NCBI GenBank assembly: GCA_027064425.1
Contig: JAMOPO010000052.1
Coordinates: 147,010-179,009 of the forward strand
Origin: Methanobacteriota archaeon
GTDB lineage: Archaea > JAADCQ01 > Methanopyri > Methanopyrales > Methanopyraceae
Length of the DNA: 32,000 bases
Reading direction: 5' to 3'
A program made the position numbers and the translations under genes. The notes beneath the pieces were generated by a model. The model was not told the DNA's origin. It saw only the letters and a program-made list of their open reading frames with translations, and ran no database searches. Shown in pieces: positions 26,331-32,000 of this stretch; position 1 is the first letter of the stretch; each line of letters starts with the position of its first letter.

Positions 26331-27465
26331 TCCCCCGCAACAGCTCGGTCAGGAACCCCGGATTAACGGAAAGGTAGCCCAGGACCGCGCCGAGCGCCGC
26401 CGGCACGGCGCAGTCGATCCCGAAGAGCTCCATCACCAGCACCGCGGCCGAGACCGGGGCGTCGAAGGCCACCGCCAGGAACGCGGACATGGAGGCTGCG
26501 ACCGCCGCCGGTGCGGGCAGCCCCACCGCCTCGCGGACGGCGGACCCGAAGAAGGCCGACGCGCACACGACTGGCGAGACGAAGCCCGCCGGCACGCCGC
26601 TCCCCAGGGTGAGCGACGTGGCCGCGACCTTGCCCAGGAACGCCAGCAGCGACTCGGCCGGCCCCATCCGCCCCATCGCCGCCGAGGACGCCCAGTCCAG
26701 TCCTAACCCCGTGGCCTGCGGGACCACCAACCCCAGCGCCGCCACCGACAGTCCGGCGAGCAGTGATCGGGCCTCCGACCTGGGGATCCTGTGCAGCCAT
26801 CGGTAAACGACCTGGACCGCGAGCACCAGCCCCCGTGCGGCCGCGGCCGAGACCAGCCCCACGACTGTCAATTTAGGCAGGTCCACCCAGGAGTAAGCGT
26901 ACGGGGCGTGGGCCGTCAGCAGGTAGCGCTTCCCCAGGATCAGGCAGTAGACCGTGTACCCGGTGACGCTGGCGACGACGGCGGGCGGCAGGCACGCGTA
27001 CCTCAGCCTCCCCGTGAGCGCCTCCAGCGCGAACAGGGCGGCGGCGACCGGGGCGCAGAGGACGCCGGCCACGCCGCCGGACGCGGCCGCGGCCACCAGC
27101 CACTCCCGCCGCAGCCCGGTCAGGCCCCACCGATCCGCGCACCACCGACCCAGGGACACGCAGGATTGCACGCAGGGGCCCACCTGGCCCCCGCTACCGC
27201 CCGCCCCGATCACGACCCCGGCCAGCAGGAGCTTGAGCGCGCCGGCCACCGGGTTCCTGGCCTCTCCGCGCCGAGCGACGTCCAGGCCCGTGCCTGGGAG
27301 CTCCGGATGCAGCGAGCTCAGGGCTCCGGCAAGCGCCATTACCACCGGCGTCAGCCACCCTGATCCGCCCGACAGCCGGCTCACGACCGCGATGGTCCAG
27401 GTGATGGCGGAGGCGCACAGTCCGCCGGCAGCCCCCAGGGCCAGGGTCGCCGCCGTCCACCGCAC
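26245..27465 (-). CDS. ClC-family chloride channel/transporter-like protein
   Basis: Polytopic; GGSGGQVGPCVQSCVSLGRW, GSGVPAGFVSPVVCASAFFG, LAVAFDAPVSAAVLVMELFG. GTG start at 27465 inferred. Substantial overlap with the CYTH gene means one boundary may be off. Confidence 0.87.
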   Translation of the reverse strand: MRWTAATLALGAAGGLCASAITWTIAVVSRLSGGSGWLTPVVMALAGALSSLHPELPGTGLDVARRGEARNPVAGALKLLLAGVVIGAGGSGGQVGPCVQSCVSLGRWCADRWGLTGLRREWLVAAAASGGVAGVLCAPVAAALFALEALTGRLRYACLPPAVVASVTGYTVYCLILGKRYLLTAHAPYAYSWVDLPKLTVVGLVSAAAARGLVLAVQVVYRWLHRIPRSEARSLLAGLSVAALGLVVPQATGLGLDWASSAAMGRMGPAESLLAFLGKVAATSLTLGSGVPAGFVSPVVCASAFFGSAVREAVGLPAPAAVAASMSAFLAVAFDAPVSAAVLVMELFGIDCAVPAALGAVLGYLSVNPGFLTELLRGSGRVRGGGEDSGREPGGGQGEAPGDGRA

Positions 27466-27467
27466 CG

Positions 27468-27477
27468 CTAACGTTAG
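27468..27477. promoter_or_regulatory. Perfect 10-bp palindrome CTAACGTTAG between divergent ClC and cupin genes
   Basis: Self-complementary sequence directly abutting the inferred ClC start. Confidence 0.3.
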
Positions 27478-27514
27478 ATCGGTCCGCAGGGCCGACCCCT
27501 CCCGGGGCCGGGTG

Positions 27515-27844
27515 ATGGGGTGGGAGCTGAGGGTCGAGCGGCGCTGGGATGAGACCGTCTGCGGTCGGGTCCGGGAGCTGTACTCCAACGAGGACTTCTC
27601 ACTAGCGGAGGTCGTGGTGGATGGGGAGGGTGAGGAGCACTACCACGAGCGGACTCTGGAGGTCTATTACGTGCTCGAGGGGCGCGGTCGCGTTCACGTG
27701 AACGGGCGCCCCGTGGACGTGCGGCCTGGGGACGTGATCGTCCTGGAACCTGGGGTAAGGCATAAGGTGGAGGGCAAGCTCAGGCTCCTCGTCGCGTGCT
27801 CGCCCCCGTTCGATCCGGACGACGTGCACGTGGAGGAGGGATGA
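27515..27844 (+). CDS. Small cupin-domain protein
   Basis: EEHYHERTLEVYYVLEGRGRVHVNGRPVDVRPGDVIVLEPGVRHKV. Confidence 0.92.
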   Translation: MGWELRVERRWDETVCGRVRELYSNEDFSLAEVVVDGEGEEHYHERTLEVYYVLEGRGRVHVNGRPVDVRPGDVIVLEPGVRHKVEGKLRLLVACSPPFDPDDVHVEEG

Positions 27845-27878
27845 TGAGCTAAGCCTACGCCGACCCGGGCCGGGAGTG

Positions 27879-28178
27879 ATGGAACGGGTGAGCTGCCTGA
27901 CCTCCCGGGTTCGAGTCATCCTGCGGCTCCGGGTACCGGAGGAGGTGATCCGATCCCTCGACCCGGACTCGGACCCCTGGTGCTCCGTGCGCGACCGAAC
28001 GATCCGGATTCGAGGGGACGGGTTCGGGCCCGTGAAGCACGCCACCGACGACGTGCTCCGGTGCGTGAAGGCTGGCCTGTCGGCGGTGAGGGTGGCGGAG
28101 GATGCAGCCGCTGACGAGGAGGAACAAGGACGAGCACCCGGCCGTGACCGATCCGGACACGACGATCATCCTGGGTGA
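27879..28178 (+). CDS. KEOPS complex subunit Pcc1-like protein
   Basis: VRVILRLRVPEEVIRSLDPDSDP...VRDRTIRIRGDGFGPVKHATDDVLRCVKAGLSAV matches the general Pcc1 layout. Confidence 0.5.
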   Translation: MERVSCLTSRVRVILRLRVPEEVIRSLDPDSDPWCSVRDRTIRIRGDGFGPVKHATDDVLRCVKAGLSAVRVAEDAAADEEEQGRAPGRDRSGHDDHPG

Positions 28179-28809
28179 CGTTCAGGCGACCCCGGACTGC
28201 GTGATCGGCGAGCGCGTCCGGCTGGGTCCCGACGTGGAGATGCGCGGGGCGTTGATCTCCGGGGAGTCCGTGGTCTACAACTCGGAGCTCGAGGGGTGCG
28301 CGGTGGGCAAGAGGACGACCGTCACGGGCCGGGTTTCGGAGGGCGTCACGATCCACCACGGCTCCGTCCTCGGGCAGCTGAAGGTCAGTGGGGACATCGA
28401 ACCCCCCGTCATCGGGTCCGGAGCCTTCGTGGGACCGGGGGTCTCTCTGCTTCCCGGCACCGAGGTGGGCGAGGAGGCCGTGCTCCTCCCGAACAGCGTG
28501 GTGACCGAGCGCGTCCCCCGCCGCGGCGTGGTGGGCGGGAACCCCGCGATGCCTCGCGGCGTGGTCGTGGACGTGGAGCGGGTGGAGGTCGAGTTCGACG
28601 GATCGGAGTTCGAGGTCGAGGGACGCCGGGGGCGCGCCTTCGATCTCAGGCTAACTGACGGCGGGCTGGAGGTCGAGGAGGACCGCCCCCACGAGTTCGG
28701 GGTGATCGCCGAGAAGCGGCCGAGGATCGTCCGGCTGGGACACGCGATCGAGCTGCCGCGGCGGCCCTTCACCTTCCCCCTCTACGTGCTCCAGCTGAAG
28801 ACCAAGTAG
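28144..28809 (+). CDS. Left-handed beta-helix (hexapeptide-repeat-like) protein
   Basis: VIGERVRLGPDVEMRGALISGESVVYNSELEGCAVGKRTTVTG...PPVIGSGAFVGPGVSLLPGTEVGEEAVLLPNSVV...GGNPAMPRG; GTG start inferred. Confidence 0.85.
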   Translation: MTDPDTTIILGDVQATPDCVIGERVRLGPDVEMRGALISGESVVYNSELEGCAVGKRTTVTGRVSEGVTIHHGSVLGQLKVSGDIEPPVIGSGAFVGPGVSLLPGTEVGEEAVLLPNSVVTERVPRRGVVGGNPAMPRGVVVDVERVEVEFDGSEFEVEGRRGRAFDLRLTDGGLEVEEDRPHEFGVIAEKRPRIVRLGHAIELPRRPFTFPLYVLQLKTK

Positions 28810-28820
28810 GGGGACCGCCG

Positions 28821-29426
28821 GTGCCCGTCCGCGACTCGGTCCTCATTGACACGGAGGTGGAGGAGGGCCTGGTCATTGGGAGCGTCCTGGAGGGTTGCGA
28901 GGTTCGGAGGGCGGCGGTCGTAGGAACCGTGGCCCACGGGGAGCGGTTCGAGGGGACGGTGGTGGTCGGCGGACGGCCCACCGACGGTGAGGTGACGGTT
29001 GTTCCCGTCCGCGCCGGTGAGTGGGGGGCCGCGTCCGGCGAGGACGAGGTGAGCGTCCCGGACTCGGACGGTGAGGACGTTCTCGCGATCGTGGCGGACG
29101 TGAGCGCGATGGGGCTGCTCCGCGATCTCCTGAAGATCGAGCCGCGACGGGTGGGGCACCACGCTCTCTTCACGTTCTCGGGCTCGCTGCCGGCCCGGCT
29201 CAGGAGGCGCCTGGTGGGGAACCTGGACCTGTTCCGGGAGTGCTGCCCGTGCGCCTACCTGCGAGTTAGCGGCACCGTCATCGCTTTCCGGGGCGGCAAG
29301 CAGGTCTTCGATGAGCCCGGGGAGGTCGAGTATCGGGACGTGCTGGTCGTGCGGGACGGCAGGCCGGTGCTGTCGGCCTGGAAGGCGGCGACGAAGAGCG
29401 TGATCTCCGAGCTGGGGGCCGGGTGA
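28821..29426 (+). CDS. Hypothetical protein with short beta-helix-like N-terminus and CCPC motif
   Basis: DSVLIDTEVEEGLVIGSVLEGCEVRRAAVVGTVAHG...; FRECCPCAYLRVSGTVIAF. Confidence 0.7.
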   Translation: MPVRDSVLIDTEVEEGLVIGSVLEGCEVRRAAVVGTVAHGERFEGTVVVGGRPTDGEVTVVPVRAGEWGAASGEDEVSVPDSDGEDVLAIVADVSAMGLLRDLLKIEPRRVGHHALFTFSGSLPARLRRRLVGNLDLFRECCPCAYLRVSGTVIAFRGGKQVFDEPGEVEYRDVLVVRDGRPVLSAWKAATKSVISELGAG

Positions 29427-30337
29427 CTCGCGTGGCCGGTCTCCGCGAGCTCCCGGACCTCTTCTGTCGGGCCGTCGTGGTGGAGGTCCTGTCGGGCCCG
29501 AAGCCGGGGCTCGTGGATCCCGTCTCACCGAGCCCGCACCGGGACATGGGGCCCGGCGAGTTCTTCTCCTGTCTTCCCGAGCTGAACCGGTGCCTGCGCG
29601 AGGCACTGGAGCTGGGGCTAGACCGCGAGCCGGTGGAAGAGGTCGTGGATCTGATCCCCGCCTGGAACGTGGACGTGCTGACGGCGTCCTCCGGCCCGAA
29701 CTCCGTGCGCGGGGTGCTGTTCCTGGGCGCCGTGTACTGCTACTCGGCCGGGTGGGAGGGGGACGTCTTCCCGTTCTCTCGGATCCGCGAGGTCGGGAGG
29801 CTCTGCGCGGAGAAGCTGTGGGACAGGACGGAGACGAAGTGCGGTCGAAGGCGAGTCCGAGAGGGATTAGCGGGAATCTTCGGCGAGGCGGCGTCCGGGC
29901 TTATGACCGCGAGGACGGTGTCGTTGTCCACCCTGGTCTCGGTGCTGCGCCGGGGCGGAACGCTTGAGGAGGCCGTCGTGCAGTCGGTCCTGGCCTGCAT
30001 GTCCGTTCTGGAGGACGCCGGGCTCCCCCCGCGGACGCGGGAGTGGGTGAGGCGAAGGTCCCGCGAGGTGTTGGAGATGGGAGGGGTGTTGACCCGGCGG
30101 GGTCGGGAGGAGCTCTGGTCCTTTGTGGAGGAGTGCGCACGGAGGGAGGTCAGCCCGGGCGCGTCGGGGGACGTGACGATCGTTGGGCTCGTGCTGCTCT
30201 TCCTCCGGTGGGGGAGGGACCTTTCCTCCCCGTATCTTGATCCTCCGGGACGGTGGGGTCGGGGAGCAGGTGGGGAGGACCGTTCGGGTCCTGGTGCGCG
30301 GGGACGGGACGCGGGTCGTGGCCTCTCGAGGGGATAG
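29423..30337 (+). CDS. CitG/MdcB-like triphosphoribosyl-dephospho-CoA synthase family protein
   Basis: GPKPGLVDPVSPSPHRDMGPGEFF matches the KPGLV...H.DM signature; helical protein; GTGA overlap with the upstream stop. Confidence 0.8.
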   Translation: MTRVAGLRELPDLFCRAVVVEVLSGPKPGLVDPVSPSPHRDMGPGEFFSCLPELNRCLREALELGLDREPVEEVVDLIPAWNVDVLTASSGPNSVRGVLFLGAVYCYSAGWEGDVFPFSRIREVGRLCAEKLWDRTETKCGRRRVREGLAGIFGEAASGLMTARTVSLSTLVSVLRRGGTLEEAVVQSVLACMSVLEDAGLPPRTREWVRRRSREVLEMGGVLTRRGREELWSFVEECARREVSPGASGDVTIVGLVLLFLRWGRDLSSPYLDPPGRWGRGAGGEDRSGPGARGRDAGRGLSRG

Positions 30338-30854
30338 GAAGTTTTTTAAGCGAAGCGAGGTCGGGGTCGAGCGAGAGTTAACGCCGTGGGAGGCCTACCG
30401 GGAGATTTGTACCCGGCTGGAGCTTAACTCGCTGGAACCTCCCGAGGACGTCGGGCACCCGGTCGACCCCGAGACGGGGTACCGGGTGCTGGAGCTCCTG
30501 GACCTGTTATGGCGGTCCGGGATCGAGGGGCTGGGCGTAACCGGCACGGTGGGCTGCGCGGCACCCCTCCACGACCTTACGGTGGGGAATCCGGTCGGGT
30601 GGACGAGCCTCCGGGTGGCGAACCCCGGCTCCGACCTCGACTTAATAATCAGGGAGAAGGGAACTCTACGGGAGCTCCTGAACCTGGGCTTTAGAGTCGT
30701 CAGGCGACGGGGTGACGGGGCGCTCCTGTCCCCGGAGCGGGTCACGGGTTTCCGTACTCCTCTACTCGACGTGAGGTGGGGGTGCGACGTTGGCGGACGA
30801 CCTGGACAGCCTCCTGCCGAAGACCTCAGAGAGCACCAGCCTGAGCACCCTTAA
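30294..30854 (+). CDS. Predicted nucleotidyltransferase-like protein
   Basis: [42 protein letters not shown]; GSDLDL resembles the NTase metal-binding motif. Start uncertain (30270 or 30294). Confidence 0.55.
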   Translation: MRGDGTRVVASRGDRKFFKRSEVGVERELTPWEAYREICTRLELNSLEPPEDVGHPVDPETGYRVLELLDLLWRSGIEGLGVTGTVGCAAPLHDLTVGNPVGWTSLRVANPGSDLDLIIREKGTLRELLNLGFRVVRRRGDGALLSPERVTGFRTPLLDVRWGCDVGGRPGQPPAEDLREHQPEHP

Positions 30855-32000
30855 GAGCCTGAAGAACGCGCTCGAGGAGCTGGCTGGTAAGTCGGACTCG
30901 AACATCGAGGGACTGGTGGAGGCGCTGGACGACCTGATCACGCTGATGGAGAAGACCGGGGTGAAGGACCTCCGCGACCTCATCGAGGAGTTCAAGGACC
31001 TCAAGCAGGAGAAGAAGCGCCTGGAGGAGCTCCTGCAGGAGTACTTCAAGCGGCTTGAGGAGCTGGAGCGGAAGCTGAAGGCGCAGGAGGAGAAGCTCAG
31101 GATCGAGGCGCGGCGCCGGAAGACGCTGGAGAAGGAGCTGGAGATGGAGCGGGACGAGAAGGCCGAGCTGCGGGAGGAGCTCCGGCGGAAGGAGGTGATG
31201 ATCGAGAAGCTCCGGAACGACCTGCAGCGGCTGAAGAAGCCGCCGCTGATCGTGGGCACGGTGGAGGAGGTGCTCGACGACGGCCGCGTCATCGTCAAGA
31301 GCTCGACCGGGCCGAAGTTCGTCTCGAACGTCAGCCCAACCGTGGACAAGGACAAGATCGAGCCGGGCGCGAACGTGGCGCTGAACCAGCAGAGCATGGC
31401 CGTCGTCGACGTGCTGCCCTCGGAGAAGGACCCGCGGGTCACGGCCATGGAGGTGGAGGAGGATCCGGACGTCACGTACGACGACATCGGCGGCCTCGAC
31501 AAGCAGATCCAAGAGATCCGAGAGGTCGTGGAGAAGCCGCTCAAGGAGCCCGAGCTGTTCGAGAAGGTCGGCGTCGAGCCGCCGAAGGGCGTGCTCCTGT
31601 ACGGACCGCCCGGCACGGGTAAGACCCTGCTCGCCCGCGCGGTCGCTCACCACGCGGACGCGACGTTCATCCGGCTCGCCGCGCCCGAGCTCGTCCAGAA
31701 GTTCATCGGCGAGGGTGCCCGGCTGGTGCGCGAGCTGTTCGAGCTGGCTCGGGAGAAGGCTCCGAGCATCATCTTCATCGACGAGATCGACGCCATCGGC
31801 GCCCGACGCATGCGGGACGCCACGAGCGGCGACCGCGAGGTGCAGCGGACGCTGACGCAGCTCCTGGCCGAGATGGACGGCTTCGACCCGCTCGACGACA
31901 TCAAGGTCATCGCCGCGACCAACCGGAAGGACATCCTGGACCCGGCACTGCTCCGGCCCGGCCGGTTCGACCGGCACATCAAGATCCCGCTGCCGGACGA
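30790..32000 (+). CDS. pan: Proteasome-activating nucleotidase (PAN), 3'-truncated by the window
   Basis: N-terminal coiled coil, OB domain ([23 protein letters not shown]), [71 protein letters not shown] at 30790 or ATG at 30946. Confidence 0.96.
   Translation, partial: MADDLDSLLPKTSESTSLSTLKSLKNALEELAGKSDSNIEGLVEALDDLITLMEKTGVKDLRDLIEEFKDLKQEKKRLEELLQEYFKRLEELERKLKAQEEKLRIEARRRKTLEKELEMERDEKAELREELRRKEVMIEKLRNDLQRLKKPPLIVGTVEEVLDDGRVIVKSSTGPKFVSNVSPTVDKDKIEPGANVALNQQSMAVVDVLPSEKDPRVTAMEVEEDPDVTYDDIGGLDKQIQEIREVVEKPLKEPELFEKVGVEPPKGVLLYGPPGTGKTLLARAVAHHADATFIRLAAPELVQKFIGEGARLVRELFELAREKAPSIIFIDEIDAIGARRMRDATSGDREVQRTLTQLLAEMDGFDPLDDIKVIAATNRKDILDPALLRPGRFDRHIKIPLPD

Noticed and set aside
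26954-27514. N-terminal ~187 residues of the listed 296-aa cupin ORF
   Set aside because: Antisense to the ClC gene; cupin similarity starts at MGWELRVE (27515).
30826-31977. 383-aa and 284-aa minus-strand ORFs opposite PAN
   Set aside because: Antisense to clear AAA+ motifs; Ser/Arg/Leu low-complexity translation, no recognisable domain.
1-32000. tRNA/rRNA genes, CRISPR arrays, insertion sequences, phage genes
   Set aside because: Read-through of the intergenic spaces found no cloverleaf-like genes, regularly spaced repeats, transposase/integrase motifs or terminal inverted repeats. A tRNAscan/CRISPRCasFinder/Infernal run would be needed to exclude cryptic cases.

Overview
This is a gene-dense, GC-rich archaeal chromosomal window. 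The organism is inferred, not searched: a hyperthermophilic methanogen, most likely Methanopyrus kandleri. The basis is TBP plus TFB, archaeal ribosomal proteins, 2-phosphoglycerate kinase (cyclic-2,3-diphosphoglycerate pathway), PAN, very acidic proteins and frequent GTG/TTG starts. About 35 protein genes are supportable. They include a Ski2-like helicase, a CofE-like ligase, TBP, L22-S3-L29-aIF1, an Rpp29-like RNase P subunit, SPFH/NfeD, a flavoprotein oxidoreductase, MetRS, and HisB with an envelope-type glycosyltransferase and membrane proteins. The rest include TFB, Gar1-like, ferredoxin, HTH-PhoU, a very divergent short tubulin/FtsZ-like protein, a small RHH-like protein, ArgJ, a TIGR00300/ArgZ-type ornithine enzyme, 2-phosphoglycerate kinase, CBS, CYTH, ClC, cupin, Pcc1-like, beta-helix, CitG-like, nucleotidyltransferase-like and PAN (truncated by the window). 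I saw no tRNA, rRNA, CRISPR array or transposon. The best leads are (1) the tubulin/FtsZ-like protein between an HTH-PhoU protein and an RHH-like protein, (2) a CitG-like protein next to a GSDLDL nucleotidyltransferase-like protein, reminiscent of the CitG/CitX (MdcB/MdcG) prosthetic-group pair, (3) tail-to-tail overlap at all 8 convergent gene pairs, three of them sharing a palindromic 4-nt stop, (4) a ClC protein lacking the gating glutamate, and (5) an overlapping argJ/ornithine-enzyme pair.
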